Positions 19,853 through 28,883 of a DNA stretch of 64,000 bases are shown here, piece after piece. Both the position numbers and the translations under genes were made by a program. Numbering within the stretch: the stretch's first letter is position 1; every line of letters begins with the position of its first letter. Below the pieces are notes generated by a model, which saw only the letters and a list, made by a program, of their open reading frames with translations, did not search any database and had not been told where the DNA came from. Source of the DNA: Candidatus Micrarchaeota archaeon (GTDB taxonomy: Archaea; Micrarchaeota; Micrarchaeia; Norongarragalinales; JAPLXB01); the NCBI GenBank assembly GCA_026396285.1, contig JAPLXB010000022.1:9506-73505 (forward strand). The letters are read 5' to 3'.

Positions 19853-22800
19853 ATGGGTGGATTGAGGGCTTCAGCGGCCTTACTCGTAGTTTTCGCGCTA
19901 TTCAACATAGCCCTGATGGCGCCCTTCGCCTCGGCGTACGGTTTCGTCCAGCCAAAAACCGTTTCAACCAAAAACTTTGTTACGGTGACGCCCACGCCGG
20001 TGCCAGAGCCAACCACGGTGCCGGATTCAGCGGTTTCAACGGCTTCAAGCCAGCCCGGCCAGGCGGTCCAGACGGCTCCGGCCGGCCAAAAGACGGTTTC
20101 AACCACTTCCATTCCGTCAGTCGCTTCCACGAAACCAAGGCAAATGACTGGCTTAATGGTTGCAAAAAGCGCCATCGTCTCAGGATGCGCCGAAGGCGGG
20201 GACTGCATCGTTTCCTCAGACACTACATTGGGCAGGACAGTGAATTACCGTTCCTTCACGATTCCCTCAGGCGTCGTCGTGACAGTCGACGGCTCGCTCG
20301 TCATCAACGCCAGGGACGTCACCATTGACGGTTCAATGATTGCCGACGGCGCAGGCGGCGGAAACGGAAAGGACGGGGAAATCTTCGGCGGAAACGGCAA
20401 CGCCGGAATAGACGGCACAAGCGGAGGAAGCGTAACAATCAACGCGAACGGGAAGGTTTCAATCGGCGGGCGCGTCACTTCAAACGGAGGAAACGGCGGG
20501 GACGGAGGGGACAACGATTGCCTGTATTCAGTGTGCCGCGCAAGCAAGGGCGGCAACGCCGGAAACGGCGGCACTATCTCAGTCAACGCAGGCGACCTTG
20601 TAGTAACCGGAACAATGCTTGCAAACGGCGGATACGGTGGCAAAGGAGGTTTCGGCGACGGGTGCGACGGCCACGGCGGAAACGGCGGCACAGGAGGCAG
20701 CGGCGGCACGATAAGCCTCAAGTACGCGACTTACTCCGTCCGCTCGGCGCCGCAAGCGAACGCGAACACCAGCGACAAGTTTGCAAACCTCGGCGCAGAA
20801 GCGTTCAACACGATGTCAAGCATTTTGTTAAGCCCGCTCCAAACCTTTGCTGGCGGGGGCGGGAAAGGCGGGGGCCACGACTACACGTTCCCGTGCAGCA
20901 TCGACGGCGGCGGTTCAAACGGCCGCGATGGCGCCAACGGCGCAACAGGCGCAGTCAACACCATCCAGAAAACCCTTGCATCAATCACAATCACTCCGTC
21001 AGCCGCTTCGGTGAAGGCAGGCGATTCAGTCACTTTTAATGCCGCTGGAACCGACGGCGAAGGAAAGCCGTTCACAATCAACCCTTCGTGGTCAACTGCA
21101 GACCAAGACAAGGGAACAATCACATCTTCAGGGACTTCTGCGACGTTCACGGGCAAAAAAACCGGTTCAACCACGCTTACCGCCACCCAGGGTTCAGTGA
21201 GCGCGAGTGCTTCAGTAACAGTTGTCCCGGGCGCGCCAGCGTCAATCACGCTGTCCGCAAGCTCCCCGACGGCAACTGCGGGCCAAGGCGTGACAATCAC
21301 CGCAGTAGTCAAGGACTTTGAAGGAAACACTGTTGCAGATGGTACAAACATTTTGTTTTCCGCAACCGACGGCTCCGCAACCCCGGCGAGTGTTTCAACA
21401 ACTGGCGGCAGCGCGGCCACAACGCTTTATTCAACAGTCCCTGGAACCGCAACGGTGACTGCCTCGGCTAATTCCGTAACTCAGTCGGTTTCAGTGACTT
21501 TCAACGCCGGCCCGGCTGACGCCGGTTCGTCAACGGTTTCAGCGAACGTGGCCACAATCCCGGCAAACGGGGTAAACGAATCCATTATAATAATCACGTT
21601 GAAGGACGCGTTCGGAAACCCGGCTGCCGGCAGAAGCGTCTCGCTTTCGTCAAGCAGGGGAGCCGCCGACGTGATAACCCCACTTGTAGCCACAACAGAC
21701 GCAAACGGCGTCGCGACGTTTTCAGTCAAATCCGGCACGCCCGGCACCTCCACCATCGCGGCCACTGACTCCTCGGACGGCGTCACGGTTTCCCAGACCG
21801 CGGCAGTCGCTTTCGTGGACCTCGTCCCGCCAGTCCTGACTTTCACTGCGCCGACGCCCAACAACCAAGCCATCACCACGAACTACACCACGATAACCAT
21901 TTCGTCTTCCAAGCCGCTTTCCACTGCAATCCTCTCATGGAATGGCGCGAACGAAAACATGGCGGGCAGCGGAACCACTTGGACAGTGCAGAAAACCAGC
22001 CTCGCGAACGCGAACTATTCCTTCCAAGCCATGGGAACAGACGCCGCAGGAAACCAGGGCTCGACTGAAAAAAGATGGGTCGTCATCAACTACGCCCAGC
22101 CCGACACTGTCCCGCCGGTTTCGAATTCACCGCCCGACGCCCAGTATGAAATCGGCAGCACCGCAACAATCCCGTGGGTCCTTTACGACGACCGCGGCCC
22201 CGGAACCTATTCGGTGACGAAAAACGGCTTGGCTTACATTCCCGCGACGCCGTGGACAAACGCCTCAAACCTCGCGGTTCCAGTAGACACTTCAACCACC
22301 GGCGCGTGGAACTACGCCATTTCATTCACTGATTCTTCAGGCAACGCCGGCGCAGGCGACACGGTAACAATCACTGTTTCGGACACAACGCCGCCAGCAT
22401 ACCGCGCCGTCACAGCGAATTCATCCGACCACAACCTGCCTGCGACGTTTAGCGCCTACTGGACAGACAACGCGGCGCTTTCGGGATTCATTTTCTCAAC
22501 CAACAACTCGGGCGCGTGGCTCAACGACTCGTGGACGCCGTTTTCAAACGCATGGAGCAACGCCACGAAAACACTTGCAAACCAGAACAACGCCGCAATA
22601 GGGTGGCGCATCTATGCAAATGATTCGTCCAACAACTGGAACGACACTGGAACCCAGGTAATCGTCACCACGAACACACCGCCCGCAGTCACGGCGCCTT
22701 CGCTTGACAACGCGAACCCCCTCCCATTTGACGTCGTGACGTGCATTGCCGGCGCGTATTCGGACGCGAACAGCGACCCGCTGGCGCAGGCGTACTGGAA

Positions 22801-25800
22801 ATGGTTCAAGAACGGCGCGGACGCAGGCGCAGCCGCGCAGGCACTCAACCTTTCATCAATTGCTGCAGTCCCCGGCGACATTGTAACTTGCGCTGAAATC
22901 GTTTCCGACGGCTTCGACAACTCAACACAAGCCAATTCAACGAACACCGCGACAGTGGCTTCGCCGGCTGACTCGCAGGCGCCGCAGTGGAGCAATAACA
23001 AAACCACTCCCGCCAGCCCCGTTGCTTACTCGCCGGCGCAAACCCTCCAACTCAACGTCACCTGGACTGATGACTCAGTGGTCACGCAGGCACTCCTCGA
23101 ATGGAATGGCGCAGTCAACTATTCAATGGGCAAGGCTGGCAGCGAATACTACCACTCGCTTCCGCCGCTTGCCGCAGGCACTTACTCGTGGCGCTCGCTT
23201 GCAAGGGACGCGGTCGGAAACTGGAACGCGACTCCGGCATGGCCATATGTTGTTAACCAGGTGACTTCATCGTGCTCGCTTTCATTCAACCCCCCCTCGC
23301 CTGCTGTTTACGGCACCGCAGTCAATGCGTCGTGTTCGTGCACCAACCCGGAGGCCACGGCGGCGCTTTACAGGAATGGCGCGGACGTCACCGCTGCCGA
23401 AAACAAGCAATTTACTGTCCTTGGCGCGGGAATCCACTCATACGAATGCAATTCCACTGCCTCCCAGAACTACACGAGCGCCTCGGCAACAGCCTCGTTC
23501 ACGGTCACCCAGATGGCCACGTCAATGCGCTTGTATTTCAACGGCTCTGAAGCGAATGCAGTCGTTGTAAAGGGCGTGAATTCAACAGTCAACGTCACAG
23601 CGGCCCTGAATGCAACGCCTCCGTTCGCGCTTTTCCTGAACGGCTCGCAAATCAATTCCGGCGCCTCGCCACTGGCCAACGTTTCCGACTGGGGCGTTGG
23701 CTACTGGAACTTCACGACCGCGTTCGCCGGCAACGCTAACTATCTGCCCGCGTCAAAAACCCTGTTCCTCACGGTAATCAACCCCCCGGACGCTGTTCCG
23801 CCAGCGGTGGCTTTGAACGCCCCCTCGGACAATTCTTGGAGCGCTGTGAAAAGCATCCAATTCAATTACACACCGGCAGACAACGTTGCGCTCTCGGCCT
23901 GCACGCTGTGGAACAACGAATCGGTTTGGGGCGCCAAGGCAGGCAATTCAACGCCGCTCGCCAACGGCTCAATAAATTCAATCCAGTTCGCGTTCGCTTC
24001 GGACGGAGTCTACAAGTGGAGCGTGCAATGCTCGGACAATTCAAGCAACTCAGCGTTCGCGCCAGCCAACTGGACGATAAAAATCGATTCCACTCCGCCC
24101 GCGTCGAATTCGCCGCCGGACGCGCAGTACGGGATTGGCAGCGTTGCCAGCATTTCATGGACACTCACCGACAACGTGGGGCCCGGGCTTTACCGCGTGC
24201 TGAAAAACGGCACCGCAGTCGGCGGCTGGAGCGCGTGGGCGAACAACACCGCCGTGACGATCCCGGTGGAGACGTCCGCGCTAGGGGCATGGAATTACAC
24301 GATATACTATAACGATTCCTTGGGCAGCTTCGGCGCGCCCGACACAGTCATCGTGACCATTGGCGATTCCCAGCCACCCATTTACTCCGCAGTTGGCTCA
24401 AATGGAACTGACGGCGCGGGCGAAGCAGTGACCGTCTGGGCATACTGGACTGACAACGTGGCGCTTAGTGCCTATGTTTTCTCCACGAACAACTCAGGCG
24501 CATGGGCCAACCAGACCGGTTGGATGTTCTATGCCAATGACTCCAGCGGCAACTTGAACGCAACGCCGATTCAGGCAATAGCCACGGTTGACAAAGTCCC
24601 GCCCACAATCACTTTTGTTTCACCCACTCCTGCGAACGGTGCAGTGCTCGACGCCGATGCCGTGATGATGAACGCGACGCTGTCAAAGAACGGCGGCGCG
24701 CTCCTGGAATGGACTTGCAGCAACGGCACTGCGGCTAACTTGTCCATGCTCGGCGGAGGCACGAACTACTACAAGAACATGACCGGCCTCAAGAACGGGA
24801 CGCACTATTACCGCGTGTGGGCCAACAACTCCAACGGCTACTGGAACACCAGCGAAACAAGGAACCTGACTGTCCCGCCGTTCGTCAGGGTCGGGAGCTT
24901 CCCGGAAGGCAGGGCCATGAAATTGAAGGTTTTCAATAACTACATGTATTTCGGAACTGGTTACAACGCCGCGGTTTACCGCACTTCAGACGGCGTGAAC
25001 TGGACGCTTGCGGCCGACTTGTCGTCCGTGCGCTTCGTTGAGGCGATGGAGGTTTTCAAAAACCAGCTTTACATAACGACCGGCGGGCCGAATGCCGGCG
25101 ACGGGAAAATTTACACCACTTCCGACGGCGTGCTGTGGTTCATGGTGCTTAATTCTACCCAGGTGCACATCACGTCCCTCGCGGTATGGAACTACACCGA
25201 GTTCTGCGGCGGCGAAACGCTTTACGCCGGCACCTACCTTAACGCCGGCTCCGGGCACGCCTATTTCACCTGCGACGGCTGGACGTGGTATGACGACGGG
25301 GACCAGTTTTCGGGCGTGTGGTCAATCCACCAGTTCGGCACAAGGATGTATTTCGGACTCGGGGACGGGTGGATCACCAACAGAAGTTTTGAAAACACCA
25401 GCGCATGGAGTGCCTTCAACTTGGGCGACACGAACGTGCTCTCGATGGAAGTCTTCAACAACCAGATTTACGCGGGAACCGCTAACAAGCACGTCTGGAA
25501 CTCCTCAACCGGCGCAGCGTATAATATGTCCCTCGACGTGTCGCCTGAAACGCAGGTGAATGCGTTGAGTAATTCCTCGATTGACTCCAGGATTTACGCC
25601 GCCTCGCTTGGCCCGAGTTCCACGACGATATGGTCTTCATCCAACGGCGCGGACTGGCAGGCAGTCTATACGCCGCCGGGAATGAAAATGACTGCTGGCT
25701 TCGCGGACTTCAACGGCACCGGCGAAAACAGGCTTTATGCCGCGATAAGCGGGCCTAACTATAGTATTGTCAACGGCGGCACAGCATACGTGTACAAGTC

Positions 25801-25813
25801 AACGTATCCATGA
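19853..25813 (+). CDS. Giant secreted surface/adhesin-like protein (1986 aa) with Gly-rich beta-helix-like region, Big_2/Ig-like domains and BNR/Asp-box-like beta-propeller repeats
   Basis: Signal peptide MGGLRASAALLVVFALFNIALMAPFASA. A GGNGxDG repeat region. ITITPSAASVKAGDSVTFNA (Big_2-like) and several Ig-like blocks. C-terminal repeats with SxDGxxW (TSDGVNWT, TSDGVLWF, SSNGADWQ). Dozens of N-glycosylation sequons. Confidence 0.6.
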   Translation: MGGLRASAALLVVFALFNIALMAPFASAYGFVQPKTVSTKNFVTVTPTPVPEPTTVPDSAVSTASSQPGQAVQTAPAGQKTVSTTSIPSVASTKPRQMTGLMVAKSAIVSGCAEGGDCIVSSDTTLGRTVNYRSFTIPSGVVVTVDGSLVINARDVTIDGSMIADGAGGGNGKDGEIFGGNGNAGIDGTSGGSVTINANGKVSIGGRVTSNGGNGGDGGDNDCLYSVCRASKGGNAGNGGTISVNAGDLVVTGTMLANGGYGGKGGFGDGCDGHGGNGGTGGSGGTISLKYATYSVRSAPQANANTSDKFANLGAEAFNTMSSILLSPLQTFAGGGGKGGGHDYTFPCSIDGGGSNGRDGANGATGAVNTIQKTLASITITPSAASVKAGDSVTFNAAGTDGEGKPFTINPSWSTADQDKGTITSSGTSATFTGKKTGSTTLTATQGSVSASASVTVVPGAPASITLSASSPTATAGQGVTITAVVKDFEGNTVADGTNILFSATDGSATPASVSTTGGSAATTLYSTVPGTATVTASANSVTQSVSVTFNAGPADAGSSTVSANVATIPANGVNESIIIITLKDAFGNPAAGRSVSLSSSRGAADVITPLVATTDANGVATFSVKSGTPGTSTIAATDSSDGVTVSQTAAVAFVDLVPPVLTFTAPTPNNQAITTNYTTITISSSKPLSTAILSWNGANENMAGSGTTWTVQKTSLANANYSFQAMGTDAAGNQGSTEKRWVVINYAQPDTVPPVSNSPPDAQYEIGSTATIPWVLYDDRGPGTYSVTKNGLAYIPATPWTNASNLAVPVDTSTTGAWNYAISFTDSSGNAGAGDTVTITVSDTTPPAYRAVTANSSDHNLPATFSAYWTDNAALSGFIFSTNNSGAWLNDSWTPFSNAWSNATKTLANQNNAAIGWRIYANDSSNNWNDTGTQVIVTTNTPPAVTAPSLDNANPLPFDVVTCIAGAYSDANSDPLAQAYWKWFKNGADAGAAAQALNLSSIAAVPGDIVTCAEIVSDGFDNSTQANSTNTATVASPADSQAPQWSNNKTTPASPVAYSPAQTLQLNVTWTDDSVVTQALLEWNGAVNYSMGKAGSEYYHSLPPLAAGTYSWRSLARDAVGNWNATPAWPYVVNQVTSSCSLSFNPPSPAVYGTAVNASCSCTNPEATAALYRNGADVTAAENKQFTVLGAGIHSYECNSTASQNYTSASATASFTVTQMATSMRLYFNGSEANAVVVKGVNSTVNVTAALNATPPFALFLNGSQINSGASPLANVSDWGVGYWNFTTAFAGNANYLPASKTLFLTVINPPDAVPPAVALNAPSDNSWSAVKSIQFNYTPADNVALSACTLWNNESVWGAKAGNSTPLANGSINSIQFAFASDGVYKWSVQCSDNSSNSAFAPANWTIKIDSTPPASNSPPDAQYGIGSVASISWTLTDNVGPGLYRVLKNGTAVGGWSAWANNTAVTIPVETSALGAWNYTIYYNDSLGSFGAPDTVIVTIGDSQPPIYSAVGSNGTDGAGEAVTVWAYWTDNVALSAYVFSTNNSGAWANQTGWMFYANDSSGNLNATPIQAIATVDKVPPTITFVSPTPANGAVLDADAVMMNATLSKNGGALLEWTCSNGTAANLSMLGGGTNYYKNMTGLKNGTHYYRVWANNSNGYWNTSETRNLTVPPFVRVGSFPEGRAMKLKVFNNYMYFGTGYNAAVYRTSDGVNWTLAADLSSVRFVEAMEVFKNQLYITTGGPNAGDGKIYTTSDGVLWFMVLNSTQVHITSLAVWNYTEFCGGETLYAGTYLNAGSGHAYFTCDGWTWYDDGDQFSGVWSIHQFGTRMYFGLGDGWITNRSFENTSAWSAFNLGDTNVLSMEVFNNQIYAGTANKHVWNSSTGAAYNMSLDVSPETQVNALSNSSIDSRIYAASLGPSSTTIWSSSNGADWQAVYTPPGMKMTAGFADFNGTGENRLYAAISGPNYSIVNGGTAYVYKSTYP

Positions 25814-25870
25814 GGCGCGGTTTACGTTTCAATCTAGTGGTTTCATTTTGTTGAAACCGACTTTTAGTGG

Positions 25871-26350
25871 TTAGACGAGCCCGTTGTCCGATGAAAGCGA
25901 GCGCACCACTGAAGGCAGTTCACGAAGGTCCCTGATGGTGTAGTCGGGTTCTTCTCCAGCATTTTCTGGAACAATTTCTGCGAATTTTCCTTTTCTGAAC
26001 CAAACAGTCGTGCATCCCAGTGCTTTGGAGTATTTCACGTCCTTCTTGATTTGGTCGCCGACCGCGAGCGTTTCTCGCGGTTCTACCCCCAGTTCACGGA
26101 CGCACTCCATGAAAATTGCTTCGTTTTTCTCTTCAACCACCTTCACCACTTTGAAAAACTTTCGTATGCCAAGTTCATTGAACAACTCTAGGCGGTTTCC
26201 CTCGCCTTTCTTGCTCAACAGTCCGAGCAGAAACTTTTTTGAAAGCTCTTCCAGGATGCCAACCGCTCCTTCTTCCAGCGCACCCTCGTCCGGGTTGAAG
26301 AGCGTGCGGTTGAAGTCAAAAACAATTGCCTTGATCATTTGCGTCCCCAT
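25871..26350 (-). CDS. HAD-like hydrolase (motif I variant DxN)
   Basis: 159 aa. IVFDFNRTLF (HAD motif I with Asn in place of the second Asp). GLLSKK. A C-terminal GDQIKKDVK motif-III/IV-like. Lower GC than its surroundings. Confidence 0.5.
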   Translation of the reverse strand: MGTQMIKAIVFDFNRTLFNPDEGALEEGAVGILEELSKKFLLGLLSKKGEGNRLELFNELGIRKFFKVVKVVEEKNEAIFMECVRELGVEPRETLAVGDQIKKDVKYSKALGCTTVWFRKGKFAEIVPENAGEEPDYTIRDLRELPSVVRSLSSDNGLV

Positions 26351-26376
26351 TAGCGGATATGCACAGTAAATAAGAG

Positions 26377-26871
26377 TCAGACGCTCGGATTCTCGTCTAG
26401 TGTCTTTATTGAATAATATTTTGTATGCGGCCCGATTTCGGGGTTATTGAGCAACTCTTGTTTCGAAAACCATCTCGCCTCCTTTGACTCAGAATCTAGT
26501 TTCAGGTTTCCTTCAGTCACTCGTGCGGTAAAAACCATGTCAAAATCCCTTTTGTTCCTGCAGGGCAGCATTCTTACGTGATGCGGCAAAGGCAGGGGAA
26601 TCGCTGTTTTTGTTCTTGATGCCTCGTCGGCTTTTTCTAATAACTCAACCCTTAATCCAGTCTCTTCCAAGACTTCCCTAATGGCGGCTTCGTGCGGCAG
26701 CTCCGAATCCTCGATGTGGCCTCCGGGCAACAGCCAGAACGGGCTCCGGTTTTGCTTTAGAAAAAGAATGCGCTGCTTGTCGATTACGAACACGCTTACC
26801 GTGTAGTGAGTTGCTCGGCTGAAATCATACGCTTCCATTAGTATCCCCGGACCAAGGATTTTGTTCAACAA
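26377..26871 (-). CDS. NUDIX hydrolase
   Basis: 164 aa. The Nudix box GGHIEDSELPHEAAIREVLEETGL matches Gx5Ex7REUxEExGU. Lower GC than its surroundings. Confidence 0.7.
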   Translation of the reverse strand: MLNKILGPGILMEAYDFSRATHYTVSVFVIDKQRILFLKQNRSPFWLLPGGHIEDSELPHEAAIREVLEETGLRVELLEKADEASRTKTAIPLPLPHHVRMLPCRNKRDFDMVFTARVTEGNLKLDSESKEARWFSKQELLNNPEIGPHTKYYSIKTLDENPSV

Positions 26872-26927
26872 AGACAGTTAATTACCAATACGGTATAAAC
26901 CGGCGGCCAGAGGAAGGCCCGGGCGCT

Positions 26928-27458
26928 TCAAGCCATTGAAACGACTAGGACTGACATCGCGTTGTACAGCGCGTGCGCGATGAACGGCGGCAGGATGGAA
27001 TTGTTTTTGCGCACGTAGTGGCCGAAAATCATTGACACCACGAATGCGGCGAGCACTTCGGCGACCGAGCCGTAGCCGCGGTGGAGGAACGCGAAAACCG
27101 CAGACGTCAAGAGTACGCCCACCCTTTTCTGCAGATATCCCCTGAAAAAAAGCTCTTCCGCGAGCGGGCCGAAAGAAACCGCGACCAGCAGCGCGAGCGG
27201 CTCCTGTTGCCTGAGCACTTCCGCGACTTTTTCGGTGTCCAAAAAGCCGAGCAGATTAACTACTAAAAGCAGGACGTAGAGGGCGGCGAAGGTTTTCGCA
27301 AACAGCTTCAGCGCGTCCAAGTACATTGCCTTGGCCGGCATCGGCTGGATTGAAAGGTGTTTGGCGAAGTCCCGTGGTTTTTTCCTTTCCAGGAGGAGAA
27401 GCGCGAACGGGAGGAGGAAAATCAGGAGGGAGAGGCCCAAATAGAGTGCTGGAAGCAA
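26928..27458 (-). CDS. CPBP family intramembrane metalloprotease (CAAX protease/Abi-like)
   Basis: 176 aa. EELFFRGYLQ (motif 1 EExxxR), FAFLH (motif 2 FxxxH) and a third His-containing helix. Confidence 0.65.
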   Translation of the reverse strand: MLPALYLGLSLLIFLLPFALLLLERKKPRDFAKHLSIQPMPAKAMYLDALKLFAKTFAALYVLLLVVNLLGFLDTEKVAEVLRQQEPLALLVAVSFGPLAEELFFRGYLQKRVGVLLTSAVFAFLHRGYGSVAEVLAAFVVSMIFGHYVRKNNSILPPFIAHALYNAMSVLVVSMA

Positions 27459-27465
27459 GGGGAGT

Positions 27466-27624
27466 CACTGCTTTGGCTTTATTTCAGTGTACTTGCACTT
27501 GCCGCACGCCCACCGGTTTCCGTGCTCTGCGAGGCGCACGCCGGGCCCGCACTTGGGGCAGTACCTGCCGGCCTTGTACGCGGGCACGGCCTTTTTCTTT
27601 GCTTTTTGTTCAGCCAACGCGATT
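27466..27624 (-). CDS. rps27ae: Ribosomal protein S27ae (zinc ribbon; no ubiquitin domain)
   Basis: Hand-translated from the minus strand: (L/M)[49 protein letters not shown]. It has a TTG start. It is not in the ORF track because it is under 60 aa. It is adjacent to S24e, as in many archaea. Confidence 0.6.
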
Positions 27625-27661
27625 CACCTTAAAATCTGCCTGATTCAGTCTAGTCAGTTTT

Positions 27662-28042
27662 TCACTTCGGGGCCGGTTCCTGTGCCGGTTTTTCCTTCGC
27701 CGCTTGGGCTGGCGCCGCTGGGGCTGATGGCGCTGCCGCTCCTTCCGCGGCTTTTTTCTTTCCCTCGGTGCGCGCGAACTTGTATTCCTTCTCGAACTTT
27801 TTAGCCGACTCCGGGGACGAGTAAACCTTTGCCTTGACTCCTGCGCTCTGGCGCCCGAACCGCTGCTCGATCTTGTCTATGACGATGCAGTCGGGCTTTA
27901 CGCCGAGCTGTTTCGCGAGTTCCTCCATTATCTGCTTGCGCGACGGCGTCGCCTTCGTGGCCGATGCAAGTGCCTGGATTTCGCGGCGGTCGTACAACGG
28001 GTTCTTGGAATCGCTTGCAACCTCGAGTTTCATCAAAACCAC
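27662..28042 (-). CDS. rps24e: Ribosomal protein S24e
   Basis: 126 aa. KLEVASDSKNPLYDRREIQALASATKATPSRKQIMEELAKQLGVKPDCIVIDKIEQRFG matches the S24e core. A Lys/Ala/Pro-rich C-terminal tail follows. The true start may be the internal Met at codon 4. Confidence 0.8.
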   Translation of the reverse strand: MVLMKLEVASDSKNPLYDRREIQALASATKATPSRKQIMEELAKQLGVKPDCIVIDKIEQRFGRQSAGVKAKVYSSPESAKKFEKEYKFARTEGKKKAAEGAAAPSAPAAPAQAAKEKPAQEPAPK

Positions 28043-28063
28043 TTCACCAAATTTTGAACGGAA

Positions 28064-28258
28064 TCATTTTAGTTTGAGGGCGTATTTGCCGGGCACTTTT
28101 GCGCCGATGGCTTTCGCGACCTCCGAGCCTTCCGGATCCTCTATGAGGATGTAACCTTCCCAGCTTTTTGTCAGGTCGGTTCCCTTGCAGTTGGCGCAAA
28201 CGTCCCCTGACACGATTATCCTGCAAGTCCTACAAGCCTTTTCAGCCATGAAAACCAC
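28064..28258 (-). CDS. spt4: Transcription elongation factor Spt4 / RNA polymerase subunit E''
   Basis: 64 aa with a CRTC...CANC zinc ribbon. It lies immediately downstream of rpo7 (rpoE'), the canonical archaeal arrangement. Confidence 0.7.
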   Translation of the reverse strand: MVFMAEKACRTCRIIVSGDVCANCKGTDLTKSWEGYILIEDPEGSEVAKAIGAKVPGKYALKLK

Positions 28259-28267
28259 TCAATTGCG

Positions 28268-28792
28268 TTACTTGCTCATTCTGCCAAGGCCCTCGGGCCT
28301 CATGGTGAGCGCGATTTTGCTGTTGGGAATCGATTCCTTCAAGCTGACTGTCGCGACTTTGGCCTTCACCCAGTCGCCTTTCTTCAAGACCTTTTTCGAC
28401 TGCCTGCCGACGAGTATGTTGCTTTTCTTGTCAAAACTCATGAAGTCGTCGGTCACCTGCGACACGTGGACCAAGCCGTCGATGGGGCCGAGGCGCACGA
28501 ACGCGCCGAATTCCACGATTTCCGTGACCTCGCCTTCCACCACCTCGTTGACGTCGGGGGTGAAGACGAGCGCGTCGAATTCCACCTCAAAATAGGCTGC
28601 GCCGTCGCCTGAAATGATTTTGCCCTTGGATTTTATCTTGGCGTTGTGGAGCGAAATGATTATCCCGTAGTCCTTATGGACGGTCCTCTCGTATTGTTCC
28701 CTGAGGATTACGAGCGCGGCGTCCGACAGCTTCAGCCCGAAGAGGCTGGGCGGGATGCGCACTGATTCCGCAAACTTCATCAAACGATACAT
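28268..28792 (-). CDS. rpo7: DNA-directed RNA polymerase subunit Rpo7 (E')
   Basis: Starting at MYRLMKFAESVRIPP (the ORF-track start 28840 is probably an N-terminal over-extension). It has an N-terminal RNP-like domain plus a C-terminal S1 domain (GEVTEIVEFGAFVRLGPIDGLVHVSQV). Confidence 0.8.
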   Translation of the reverse strand: MYRLMKFAESVRIPPSLFGLKLSDAALVILREQYERTVHKDYGIIISLHNAKIKSKGKIISGDGAAYFEVEFDALVFTPDVNEVVEGEVTEIVEFGAFVRLGPIDGLVHVSQVTDDFMSFDKKSNILVGRQSKKVLKKGDWVKAKVATVSLKESIPNSKIALTMRPEGLGRMSK

Positions 28793-28883
28793 TCGTGATT
28801 CACCCTGTAAGGAAGGAAAACGAGGAATTAATTGGCGCACCGGGGTTTAAAAAAACTCGGTTGAGTGGCCCCCGCGAAAAGGT

